Under the pieces are notes generated by a model that worked only from the letters and a program-made list of their open reading frames with translations, was not told where the DNA came from and did no database searches. Positions 25,105-34,108 of a stretch of 35,266 nt of DNA are shown in pieces. The stretch is from a virus. Taxonomy: Duplodnaviria; Heunggongvirae; Uroviricota; Caudoviricetes. A program made the translations under genes and the position numbers. The DNA lies in the IMG/VR virus record IMGVR_UViG_2645727970_000011, positions 1 to 35,266 of that record. One strand, 5' to 3'. Each line of letters opens with the position of its first letter. Within the stretch, counting starts at the first letter, position 1.

Positions 25105-25797
25105 ATGTTATATGCATTTAAGCTGGGCAGAAAACTGCGCGGCGAGGAACCTTGGTGCCCTGAAAAAGGCGGGAAAGGTGGTAGCTCTGATAAAAGCGCA
25201 AAGTATGCAGCAGAAGCCCAGAAGTATGCAGCAGACCTGCAAAATCAGCAGTTCAACACCATCATGAACAACCTGAAGCCGTTTACTCCTCTGGCTGATA
25301 AGTATGTCGGCAGCCTCGAGAACTTATCGTCTCTGGAAGGGCAAGGTCAGGCACTTAACCAGTATTACAACTCTCAGCAGTACAAAGATCTTGCTGGTCA
25401 GGCTCGCTATCAGAGTCTGGCGGCAGCGGAAGCAACAGGTGGATTGGGTTCCACTGCAACCGGTAATCAGTTAGCAACAATCGCACCAACGCTTGGTCAG
25501 CAGTGGCTGTCTGGTCAGATGAACAACTACCAGAATCTGGCAAATGTTGGTCTTGGCGCACTGCAAGGTCAGGCAAACGCCGGGCAGACATATGCCAACA
25601 ACATGAGTCAGATTTCGCAGCAAAGTGCGGCTCTTGCAGCGGCAAATGCCAACAGACCATCAGCAATGCAATCTGCTATTGGCGGAGGTGCGTCTGGTGC
25701 TATTGCTGGGGCTGGACTTGCGAAATTAATTGGTTCATCCACTCCGTGGGGGGCTGCGATCGGCGGCGGTCTTGGTCTGCTTGGCTCGTTGTTTTAA
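25105..25797 (+). CDS. Ejection protein, gp7-like (230 aa)
   Basis: Synteny and size; Gly/Ala/Gln-rich low-complexity protein with hydrophobic C-terminus. Confidence 0.65.
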   Translation: MLYAFKLGRKLRGEEPWCPEKGGKGGSSDKSAKYAAEAQKYAADLQNQQFNTIMNNLKPFTPLADKYVGSLENLSSLEGQGQALNQYYNSQQYKDLAGQARYQSLAAAEATGGLGSTATGNQLATIAPTLGQQWLSGQMNNYQNLANVGLGALQGQANAGQTYANNMSQISQQSAALAAANANRPSAMQSAIGGGASGAIAGAGLAKLIGSSTPWGAAIGGGLGLLGSLF

Positions 25798-25806
25798 GGG
25801 GTAATC

Positions 25807-27138
25807 ATGGCTACGTGGCAACAGGGTATTAATTCTGGTGGTTTTCTGGCTGGCATCGGTACGCAAAATGAGAATGCGCCAAAGGCAAGCGACATTAACG
25901 CAACGCTTGGTCTGATCCGCGAAAACAATGAACTGGCTCGCTCAGGTGCAAATAACGTTGGCCTGACCGCGTTACGTGGTCTGGCTGGAGTTGCTGATAT
26001 TTACAATCAGGAACAGCAACAGAAAGCGATTAGTGCATTCAATAAGGTTCACGCTGATGCATGGGCTTCTGGTGATCCATCGGGACTATTTAAGTTTGCC
26101 CAGGAAAATCCAGCGTTTGTTGCACAGGCACAACAGGCGTTTTCCGGTCTTAATGAGCAGCAACGCAACGATATGGGCGATTTAGCCATGAGGGCTAACG
26201 TCGCTCTTTCTCAGGGACCGGAAGCCTACAGTAAATTCATTACTGACAACAAGGACAGGTTAAATCGCGTTGGTGCTAATGCTGACTGGATGATTCAGAC
26301 AGGTATCCAGAATCCAGAGCAGCTATCACACATGCTGACTACTATGACGCTAGGGGCTGTTGGTCCGGATAAAATGCTGGATTATCAGGATAAGATGGTT
26401 GGTCGCCAACTTGAGAAAGGGAGATTGGATGAAAGCATCCGTCAGGCTGACATGGAGAACGCGAGAGGATGGGCAAATATCCAAAACGCTCAACTAGACA
26501 GGGCTCAGCGGGCACAAATGCATAATGATAACGTAGCCCTGAAGTTGCAGGAATTAGGGATGAAACAACAGGAAAGCGGAAAGATTGACCCAAAACTTGT
26601 TCGAGATCTGAATAGTGATATTAATGGGTTCTCAAAGAATTATTCTGCAATGCGCAGTGCTTCTGACAACCTACAAGCCCTTGGGAAGCGCAACACTCCA
26701 GCCGCGCAGTTGGGAATGATTTTCAACTATATGAAATCGTTGGATCCGCAATCTGTGGTACGCGAAGGTGAGCAAGTGCAGGTAAAACGCACTGATGGAA
26801 TATTCGGCACACTTGGTAACTATGTTAGCCAATTATCTAACGGCAAGATGCTGAATAATGAGCAAGTCCAGGACTTAATCAACACCTCAAAACTGATGGC
26901 AAATACTGAAGGCGAAAAGTTTAACCAGCAAATGGATGATTATCTTTCAACTTATGGAGATTCTCTCCCCAGCGGACTAACTAAGCAATTGCAATCCAGA
27001 AAAGCCAAGCTGTATGAAGATATTCAGCAGCCTGCGCAACAACAGAGCAATAACCAACAACCGACAGATACCCAACAGCAGCAGAGTCAATCCGGATCAT
27101 ATACCTCAAAATCAGGCATTCAATTTACGGTGGAATGA
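25807..27138 (+). CDS. Ejection protein, gp20-like (443 aa)
   Basis: Synteny and size; Gln-rich C-terminus. Confidence 0.65.
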   Translation: MATWQQGINSGGFLAGIGTQNENAPKASDINATLGLIRENNELARSGANNVGLTALRGLAGVADIYNQEQQQKAISAFNKVHADAWASGDPSGLFKFAQENPAFVAQAQQAFSGLNEQQRNDMGDLAMRANVALSQGPEAYSKFITDNKDRLNRVGANADWMIQTGIQNPEQLSHMLTTMTLGAVGPDKMLDYQDKMVGRQLEKGRLDESIRQADMENARGWANIQNAQLDRAQRAQMHNDNVALKLQELGMKQQESGKIDPKLVRDLNSDINGFSKNYSAMRSASDNLQALGKRNTPAAQLGMIFNYMKSLDPQSVVREGEQVQVKRTDGIFGTLGNYVSQLSNGKMLNNEQVQDLINTSKLMANTEGEKFNQQMDDYLSTYGDSLPSGLTKQLQSRKAKLYEDIQQPAQQQSNNQQPTDTQQQQSQSGSYTSKSGIQFTVE

Positions 27139-29261
27139 TGAAAGTAACTGCAAACGGAAAGACATTTACCTTCCCTGATGGTACGAGCACGGAAGATATT
27201 GGCACCGCCATTGATGAGTATTTTGCTGGTCAGGCTGTTCAGCAACAAACAGTTAATCAGGCCAATAATGAACCAGCACGTGAAGAACCATCATTGATGC
27301 AACAAGCTGGCGATTGGTTCACTGGTGGTCAAAGTGCAGGGCAAATTGCAGAACAGGCTGGTCGTGGTCTGGTAAACATACCATTTGACGTATTGCAGGG
27401 TGGCGCAAGTCTGATTAATGCAATCAGTCAGGGGCTTGGTGGGCCCAAGGTTTTGGATGATGTCTATCGTCCAGTCGATCGACCGACAGACCCTTACGCG
27501 CAAGCCGGTGAAACAATTGGTGGGTATCTCCTGCCAATTGGCACAGCGGCAAAAGCTGCTGGAGCGCCAGCAAAGCTCGCTGGAGATATCGGTTCCGCAG
27601 GAAACATGATTGCAGGTTCTCTTGCTGATGCTGCAAATCAGGAGGGCGATTTTGCACAAAATGCCGCCATTAACGGTGGTATCAATATTGGTGCTCAAGG
27701 CGTTCTTTCAGGTGTTGGGCGCGTTATTGCGCCAAGGGTTTCACAGGCTCTTGGTGGTGCAGCACTGAATTCTGCTAATGATGTTTCCAGGATGGCAAAG
27801 TCAGGTGCTGGGCGTCAGTCAATTGCCAGTCAGGCCGCTAATGTGTCCGAAGATGTAGCAAAAGCGGCTGAGTCTGCTGGAGTTGATATAAACGCATTAA
27901 CACCAGGAATGCGATCTGGAAGTCGTGGAATTGCACAAGCCGAAGGCGCATTGGCATCAACACCAGGAATTGTTCAGGATGCCCATCAGGCAGCATTTAA
28001 CGAAATATCATCAAAGTTAAGTCGAAACCTTGATGAATTTGGGGCCGCATCTGGAACGGCATCAGAAAAAAGTGCGGCTATAAAACAAAGGATTCTTCAA
28101 AATCTTGATCAGATGAAGGATGCTGAGCGCGCGGCATGGGATGACGTGCGGTCAACAATGCCAAATCAAAAAGCAAGAATGCTAAATGGTAATGCCGTTA
28201 TTCAGGCAGAGCGATCTGCTGGCATACCGCTTACTCCTGAAATGAAACAGTTTGTTCAGGCAAACAATCAAGGTGGAGTAACATTTGATGGCATGAAAGC
28301 ATGGAGAGCGAAATTTGCTGATGCGGAGCAAAAATATAAGCGTAGCGGAGAGGCAAATGCGGCAAGGAGAGCAGGGGAAATACGTCGGGCAATTACTGAT
28401 GATATGCGCACAATGGCGGAAAACGGCGGATTTTTTGATGACTGGCAAAAAGCTAATGATCTGTCTAAAGCGAGGCTATCCGCACAAGAGAGTGCAGAAT
28501 CTGTTTTTGGGCGTGATTTGGCAACAGATGCACTGATTACGAATGGAGTAAAATCTCTTCAATCATCGTCAGCTAAAGGTCTTAATGGTCCTGCTGGATT
28601 CCATTCTATGATCCGCGCGCTGCCAGAATCAGAGCGTGTTCCTGCTATATCATCAATGTTGCAGGATGCTATCTCGCATGGTGTACGTGGCGGCAAATCT
28701 GATGCAGCAGGAATTAACCATATCGCAGGGATACTTACCCCACAAAATGTAAAAGCCATTAGCAGATATTCCTCAGAACTCGGAAGAATTGCTGATGCAT
28801 ATGGCACTCTTGCAAGAGCAGCAGTGAAACCTCAGCAGTATATTGAAAGAACAGGGAGAACTGCCAATGTACTACGCGATCTGGATGCTGGTTTATCCAA
28901 CGTCACATCAACAGTGTTAAATGCAATTGCCAACTCAACATCAGGTGCCATTGTTGGTGGCGCTGGAGGGGGCATTGCAGGCGCTGCCGCGGGTGCTTTA
29001 GTTGGCGCTGGGTTAAAAGGAGCTGTATCTAAAATTGCCACCACACGTAGTGGTCGATATGCGATAGAGAAAGCTGTTCAGGAAGCCACCAAAGCAGTAA
29101 GAGCAGGCGGAAGCAAAGAAGCTTTAGCGGCGGCGGAACGCAGATTTATGGCAAATAAGGCCGCCGTAAAAGCAATACGTGATACAGTCGGAAACGAAGA
29201 GTTTCAGCGCTTAGCGAGGGCCGGTATTGTGGCATCGCTAAGCGGAATGGCACAGGAGTAA
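27135..29261 (+). CDS. Ejection protein, gp16-like (708 aa)
   Basis: Synteny and size; last gene of the rightward late operon before the leftward cargo genes. Confidence 0.65.
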   Translation: MMKVTANGKTFTFPDGTSTEDIGTAIDEYFAGQAVQQQTVNQANNEPAREEPSLMQQAGDWFTGGQSAGQIAEQAGRGLVNIPFDVLQGGASLINAISQGLGGPKVLDDVYRPVDRPTDPYAQAGETIGGYLLPIGTAAKAAGAPAKLAGDIGSAGNMIAGSLADAANQEGDFAQNAAINGGINIGAQGVLSGVGRVIAPRVSQALGGAALNSANDVSRMAKSGAGRQSIASQAANVSEDVAKAAESAGVDINALTPGMRSGSRGIAQAEGALASTPGIVQDAHQAAFNEISSKLSRNLDEFGAASGTASEKSAAIKQRILQNLDQMKDAERAAWDDVRSTMPNQKARMLNGNAVIQAERSAGIPLTPEMKQFVQANNQGGVTFDGMKAWRAKFADAEQKYKRSGEANAARRAGEIRRAITDDMRTMAENGGFFDDWQKANDLSKARLSAQESAESVFGRDLATDALITNGVKSLQSSSAKGLNGPAGFHSMIRALPESERVPAISSMLQDAISHGVRGGKSDAAGINHIAGILTPQNVKAISRYSSELGRIADAYGTLARAAVKPQQYIERTGRTANVLRDLDAGLSNVTSTVLNAIANSTSGAIVGGAGGGIAGAAAGALVGAGLKGAVSKIATTRSGRYAIEKAVQEATKAVRAGGSKEALAAAERRFMANKAAVKAIRDTVGNEEFQRLARAGIVASLSGMAQE

Positions 29262-29594
29262 TTAATCATCCATGGATGGATTGAGCTTATCTCGTGTTGA
29301 TGTGGCGGTTTTCCCTACATTCCTAAGCCAAGCTTTCAAATCCTTGATATTGTCATTGATTTCATGAATATCTTCTTTTTTTAATCTGTCAATATTATTT
29401 TCAATAATTTCAATGGATTGCTCAATATCAGATATAGTGAATGATAGTTTGCTCTTCTCATCTGTTATTGAGTTTTTAAGTGCTTCGTTCTCAGTCTTGA
29501 GGTCAGATATCTTTTGCTTTAAAGATGCCAGTTGGCACTGAACCACAATGAGTGCGATAGCTATCACGACAAATGTTGTATACACGCTAACCAC
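29262..29594 (-). CDS. Small membrane-anchored coiled-coil protein: N-terminal transmembrane helix then coiled coil (107-110 aa)
   Basis: Track ORF starts at GTG 29594; a second GTG at 29585 has an AAGGTGG SD 5 nt upstream; hydrophobic N-terminus YTTFVVIAIALIVVQ then heptad-rich segment; AT-rich. Confidence 0.6.
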   Translation of the reverse strand: MVSVYTTFVVIAIALIVVQCQLASLKQKISDLKTENEALKNSITDEKSKLSFTISDIEQSIEIIENNIDRLKKEDIHEINDNIKDLKAWLRNVGKTATSTRDKLNPSMDD

Positions 29595-29605
29595 CTTGGT
29601 TTTAT

Positions 29606-29854
29606 CTACTTGAGGACTAATCCGTTAAGTGCATCAAGGATTTTAGATACGTAACTACCGAAAATGTAGGTGCAAAAAGCAAAAACAACCGTGACGACAG
29701 CACCGATAGCCTTAATGGTTGTTTTCATTGTGGTGATACTAGTTTCAATACTGCTAAGCCTGGTGTCAATTGACTTCACGTCTTTTTGAATGATTTCAAT
29801 GTCACGCTTGATATAGCTGACATCAGACTCTAACTTTGCGACCCTTGATTCCAT
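29606..29854 (-). CDS. Small tail-anchored coiled-coil protein, XhlA-like architecture (82 aa)
   Basis: ATG at 29854 has an AAGGAGG SD 7 nt upstream, whereas the longer track ORF start at 29959 has none; coiled coil (VAKLESDVSYIKRDIEIIQKDVKSIDTRLSSIETSITTMK) followed by C-terminal transmembrane helix AIGAVVTVVFAFCTYIFGSYV. Confidence 0.6.
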   Translation of the reverse strand: MESRVAKLESDVSYIKRDIEIIQKDVKSIDTRLSSIETSITTMKTTIKAIGAVVTVVFAFCTYIFGSYVSKILDALNGLVLK

Positions 29855-29951
29855 GCCATCGCCTCCTTCGCCTCCAGACCTGTTCTTATCCTTTGTGTTC
29901 TCAGGATGGATACGAGATATGTTTTTTTCACTAATTGATGTTTCAATTATA

Positions 29952-30362
29952 TCAAGCATCTTTCACATGACTCACGGAAAAGTAGGCTTGCGCAGAATGC
30001 ACTAGAGTGTTGTCTTTGCTGATGGATACTCGAATTAAGTAATCCCCGTCAGCATCAAGTTTGCATTTATCGAAATGCATAGACATCGATGTTGCCAAGG
30101 TGTTCCTGATCTCATTGTGTCCTTTTGCCTTAATCCACACGCCTTTATCACCGCTTACACTGATTTCTAACTCATTCTCGATTCTATAGAGACAAGCTGA
30201 AACCCAATATGGTGTATCATGAATTAAACCGAGAAAGTGAACCTGAAAATCAAGGTCAGTAGTCACAGGTAACTCATCTGTCTCCATGATTAACATGGGT
30301 GATTTTTCATCATTTTCAGACTTATGGTAAGGAAAAAGGAATGCTATTTTTTCAGTGTTCAT
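29952..30362 (-). CDS. Hypothetical soluble protein (136 aa), first cargo gene downstream of mnt
   Basis: ATG overlaps the mnt stop (ATGA); AT-rich; no recognised family. Confidence 0.6.
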   Translation of the reverse strand: MNTEKIAFLFPYHKSENDEKSPMLIMETDELPVTTDLDFQVHFLGLIHDTPYWVSACLYRIENELEISVSGDKGVWIKAKGHNEIRNTLATSMSMHFDKCKLDADGDYLIRVSISKDNTLVHSAQAYFSVSHVKDA

Positions 30363-30601
30363 TTCCCATCCCTTAAACGTTTAAGTACATTGATGGTTAC
30401 ATCAAGAGCCTCTTGCTCTGACTTTGCCAGTTGCTGACTGCTTGATGGTATAACCTGCTCTTTATGCATTTTTATCCACAACTGGATAGCAGCAATAATC
30501 TCAGCATTGATAGAGCGTCGATTAGTGGCAGCAATATGCGTAAGTTGCTGTTTTATCTCATCTGGCATTCTTACGTTGAATTGCGGATCATTTCTAGCCA
30601 C
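30359..30601 (-). CDS. mnt: Mnt-like ribbon-helix-helix repressor (80 aa)
   Basis: GTG start with AGGAG SD 6 nt upstream; N-terminus MARNDPQFNVRMPDEIKQQL ... NRRSINAEIIAAIQ resembles P22 Mnt as I recall it; divergent from arc. Confidence 0.75.
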   Translation of the reverse strand: MARNDPQFNVRMPDEIKQQLTHIAATNRRSINAEIIAAIQLWIKMHKEQVIPSSSQQLAKSEQEALDVTINVLKRLRDGK

Positions 30602-30694
30602 GTCATTCTCCTTTTATTTATTGACATGCTAGAACGGTAGTAGTACGCTTTCAATAGTAGTACGGTGCTATCATTTAATGAAATGGAGTTGAAT
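30602..30694. promoter_or_regulatory. immI control region: Pant-like promoter with Arc-operator-like sequence and tandem direct repeats
   Basis: TTGACA (30621..30626) followed by ATGCTAGAAC, resembling the P22 Pant -35 and Oarc left half; direct repeat TAGTAGTACG at 30641..30650 and 30658..30667; sequence ATAGTAGTACGGTGCTATCAT at 30654..30674; GGAG SD before arc. Confidence 0.55.
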
Positions 30695-30856
30695 ATGCAA
30701 GGTGCAAGAAAAATGCCGCAGTTCAATTTGCGGTGGCCTAAAGAAGTATTGGATTTGGTACGCAAGGTGGCGGAAGAGAATGGTAGGTCTGTTAATTCTG
30801 AGATTTATCAGCGAGTAATGGAAAGCTTTAAGAAGGAAGGGCGCATTGGTGCGTAA
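30695..30856 (+). CDS. arc: Arc repressor (53 aa)
   Basis: [53 protein letters not shown] is near-identical to P22 Arc as I recall it; ATG at 30695 (track ORF starts at an upstream GTG). Confidence 0.9.
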   Translation: MQGARKMPQFNLRWPKEVLDLVRKVAEENGRSVNSEIYQRVMESFKKEGRIGA

Positions 30857-30924
30857 AGTTGAAGCCCCAACTGCGGGAACAGTCAGGGCTTCGGTATCAA
30901 CAAATCGGATTAGGAAATATTGAC

Positions 30925-31803
30925 ATGAAAAGTATAGCAAAGGCACAAAACGATTTCACCATCTTCAAATTCGGCGACAGTGAAATCCGCGTCATCAACA
31001 AATGCGGTGAGCCGTGGTTTGTAGCAAAAGATGTTTGTGATGCTTTAACCCTGACTAACTCACGCAAGGCGCTTACTGCACTTGATGACGATGAAAAGGG
31101 AGTAACTTTAAGTTACACCCTTGGTGGTGAGCAGAATCTAAGCATTGTTAGCGAATCAGGTATGTATACATTGGTTCTGCGCTGCCGCGATGCTGTCAAT
31201 AAAGGTTCATTACCGCACAAATTCCGCAAGTGGGTAACAGCAGAAGTTCTGCCTTCAATTCGCAAACATGGCGAGTATGTGAAAGGCAAGAAAACCACTG
31301 TTGAGGAAAGAACACCGCTACGAGATGCAGTAAACATGCTGGTAGGAAAGAAAGGACTTCGCTATGACGATGCATACAATATGGTTCATCAGCGTTTTGG
31401 TATTGACAGCATTGATGAACTTTCAATTGAACAAATCCCGCTGGCCGTAGAGTACATCCACAGGGTAGTGCTTGAAGGTGAATTCATCGGAAAACAAGAG
31501 AAGAAAACCAACGAGCTTTCTGCAAAAGAAGCAAACAGTCTTGTATGGTTATGGGATTATGCCAACCGCTCACAGGCATTATTCCGCGAACTGTATCCGG
31601 CATTAAAACAAATTCAATCGAACTATTCCGGCAGATGCTACGACTATGGTCATGAGTTCTCGTATGTTATCGGAATGGCGAGAGACGTTTTAATCAATCA
31701 CACACGAGATGTTGATATCAATGAGCCAGACGGACCAACGAATCTTTCCGCATGGATGAGACTTAAGAATAAAGAATTACCTCCTTCAGTACATAACTAC
31801 TGA
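30925..31803 (+). CDS. ant: Antirepressor Ant with Bro-N/AntA-type N-terminal domain (~292 aa)
   Basis: ATG at 30925 with AGGA SD (track ORF starts at TTG 30859); N-terminal [30 protein letters not shown] is a Bro-N/AntA-type signature; position after arc as in P22. Confidence 0.75.
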   Translation: MKSIAKAQNDFTIFKFGDSEIRVINKCGEPWFVAKDVCDALTLTNSRKALTALDDDEKGVTLSYTLGGEQNLSIVSESGMYTLVLRCRDAVNKGSLPHKFRKWVTAEVLPSIRKHGEYVKGKKTTVEERTPLRDAVNMLVGKKGLRYDDAYNMVHQRFGIDSIDELSIEQIPLAVEYIHRVVLEGEFIGKQEKKTNELSAKEANSLVWLWDYANRSQALFRELYPALKQIQSNYSGRCYDYGHEFSYVIGMARDVLINHTRDVDINEPDGPTNLSAWMRLKNKELPPSVHNY

Positions 31804-31821
31804 CAGATAACCAACGCAACG

Positions 31822-31846
31822 ACCCAGCTTCGGCTGGGTTTTTTTA
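31822..31846 (+). terminator. Rho-independent terminator between ant and the tailspike gene
   Basis: 7-bp stem acccagc / gctgggt with ttcg loop, followed by a run of six T. Confidence 0.8.
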
Positions 31847-31903
31847 TGCCCAAAATTCACCGTAGCCATGCTGCGGCGATTCCTTGTATCTGGAGCAAAT
31901 TAA

Positions 31904-34033
31904 ATGACAGACATTACAGCCAATGTGATCGTATCAATGCCTTCGCAACTCTTCACTATGGCACGTTCTTTTAAAGCCGTAGCCAATGGTAAAATTTATA
32001 TCGGAAAAATTGACACTGATCCGGTAAATCCTGAAAACCGGATTCAGGTTTATGTGGAGAACGAAGATGGTTCTCACGTTCCTGTTTCGCAACCAATCAT
32101 CATTAACGCTGCCGGATATCCGGTATATAACGGACAGATTGCCAAATTCGTTACCGTGCAAGGCCATTCTATGGCTGTTTATGATGCATATGGTGCGCAG
32201 CAGTTTTATTTTCCTAATGTGTTGAAGTATGATCCTGATCAGTTTAGTTTGAAGCTATCCATGCCTGATGGGGCAGGTGAAATTGGATATCAATATAGAA
32301 ATAATGTTACATCTTCTTACCGAAGAGTAAACGACAAGCTTGATGAGCATGTCAGTATTCTGGATTTTCATAGAAATGTTGATGGTGGGTTAATCCTTCC
32401 TGCACAGAATGTTGATAGTAGACCATTCTTTGAGCGAGCACTTGTATACATTGAATCAATAGGCGGTGGCACTATTTATGTACCGGCTGGAAAATACTAT
32501 TTAAATTCATACAGTGAAATAGGGATCATAGGCACTGTCTTTAATGCAATATTGCCACTTTGCGATAATGTTAAAATTTTATTGGATACAGCGGCAGAAA
32601 TAGTTGTTGGTACTTTTTTTGATGACAAGCCTTTCCAGTTGTTTTTTGGTTCTTCGCCTTTGAAACCAAATCTTGTAGACGCTGTAAATAATGTTGTCAT
32701 AGAAGGTGGTACAATTAGCTTTAGTGGTTATAGCAGTATGATGAGAACAGCACCACTAAACAGAATTGCATTGCAGACAGGAAATATAGATAATCTTCGC
32801 ATATCAAATGTTACCTTTCGTGATGGTGACTTAACAAACGCTTTAGCGATAGGATACAAAAATCTAGGCAAATATGCAGTTGTTGAGAATTGCAACTTTA
32901 TTGACCTTATTCAGAACGGAATGAATAACGATCATAGTAGTATCTACCTTAATGCGTCATACTCTACAATTAATAATTGCAACTTTATTTCCACGATAGA
33001 TAAAGGAAGGAAGATCGCTTGTGCTGTTGAGTTGCATAAATCTTTCAATAGTTGGATTGGTGGTAATGTTGATGGCTATACACGTGGTGCTTTTATAAAC
33101 GCTATTGATACTGAATCATCTCTTGTAGAAAACACCAGAATTGAATCAGTTACCGCTAGAATACTACACCAGTTTGTAGCGTACTCGTTCGGTTCTAATG
33201 GGGTTATAAGAAATAGTCTTGTTTCAGGAAATAATGTAACAACTCTTGCGAGAAGTTCATCCGATACAGATCCTTCAGAATTTGGACCTTGCAGTCTCTG
33301 CGGTTGGGTGTCATATGGTAGTTTTGCAAATGCAGAAGGCCTAAATATCGTAGTTGAAAATAATACATACATTGTTGATGAATCAGTACAAGATTCATAT
33401 AGTTGCGTATTTTATGCAATCGCAAATGTTTCAGGTGTTACTGTTCGTAGAAACAGTGTTGGAGCGAGAACTTTTTTCTACAACCCAACCCCATCACTAA
33501 ATCTTTACAATTGCCATTTTTATGAAAACAGGTTTGAGGAATCGTATGTACAGAGCGGTTCAGAAAGATTTTTATATGATCTTAACTGTAATCGTATTTC
33601 TCAAAGCACTTTCGAAGCATTTGTTCCAATAAAAACAACTGCACTGACAGGAGTTATGAGGATTGACCCATCTACGCTCGGTCCGCAGAATCGTTTTGTT
33701 GTCGATACTCAGAATACAGATAATATTGAACACCCATTTATTACAAATTTGCCAGGTTTGCTCGGGCAGGATGGTACAACTTACTCATATCCGCAAAAAT
33801 GCGATGTCAACATCGGAGTTGGTTCTACACCTGTCCTATCTGTGATAAGTCCGGAAATAAGCACTGTAGACAGAGGACAGATTCTTAACAACGCGAACCT
33901 TCCATCTGGTTATGTCGCTCCGTCGTCGTTAATGAAGTACGATTCTACGCTTACAGGAGCTGGTGTCACAGTATCAGGGACGCCATCCGGTAATTATCAT
34001 GACGTGAGGATTCTACTGATAAGAGAACGTTAG
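31904..34033 (+). CDS. Tailspike: P22/HK620-type head-binding N-terminal domain plus divergent receptor-binding domain (709 aa)
   Basis: N-terminal ~115 aa ([64 protein letters not shown]...VLKYDPDQF) match the conserved tailspike head-binding domain from memory; the remainder is AT-rich and unrelated to the P22 sequence I recall. Confidence 0.85.
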   Translation: MTDITANVIVSMPSQLFTMARSFKAVANGKIYIGKIDTDPVNPENRIQVYVENEDGSHVPVSQPIIINAAGYPVYNGQIAKFVTVQGHSMAVYDAYGAQQFYFPNVLKYDPDQFSLKLSMPDGAGEIGYQYRNNVTSSYRRVNDKLDEHVSILDFHRNVDGGLILPAQNVDSRPFFERALVYIESIGGGTIYVPAGKYYLNSYSEIGIIGTVFNAILPLCDNVKILLDTAAEIVVGTFFDDKPFQLFFGSSPLKPNLVDAVNNVVIEGGTISFSGYSSMMRTAPLNRIALQTGNIDNLRISNVTFRDGDLTNALAIGYKNLGKYAVVENCNFIDLIQNGMNNDHSSIYLNASYSTINNCNFISTIDKGRKIACAVELHKSFNSWIGGNVDGYTRGAFINAIDTESSLVENTRIESVTARILHQFVAYSFGSNGVIRNSLVSGNNVTTLARSSSDTDPSEFGPCSLCGWVSYGSFANAEGLNIVVENNTYIVDESVQDSYSCVFYAIANVSGVTVRRNSVGARTFFYNPTPSLNLYNCHFYENRFEESYVQSGSERFLYDLNCNRISQSTFEAFVPIKTTALTGVMRIDPSTLGPQNRFVVDTQNTDNIEHPFITNLPGLLGQDGTTYSYPQKCDVNIGVGSTPVLSVISPEISTVDRGQILNNANLPSGYVAPSSLMKYDSTLTGAGVTVSGTPSGNYHDVRILLIRER

Positions 34034-34108
34034 ATAGGTCTTGCGCAGGGACGCGCAAATCATTCGGGATTGCAAGGCTTTGTGCTCTTCGATAGTGGTT
34101 AAGGTGGT

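Noticed and set aside
29855-29959. Long version of the XhlA-like ORF starting at 29959
   Set aside because: No ribosome-binding site at that start, and the extra 35 residues are low-complexity; the internal ATG with AAGGAGG is favoured.
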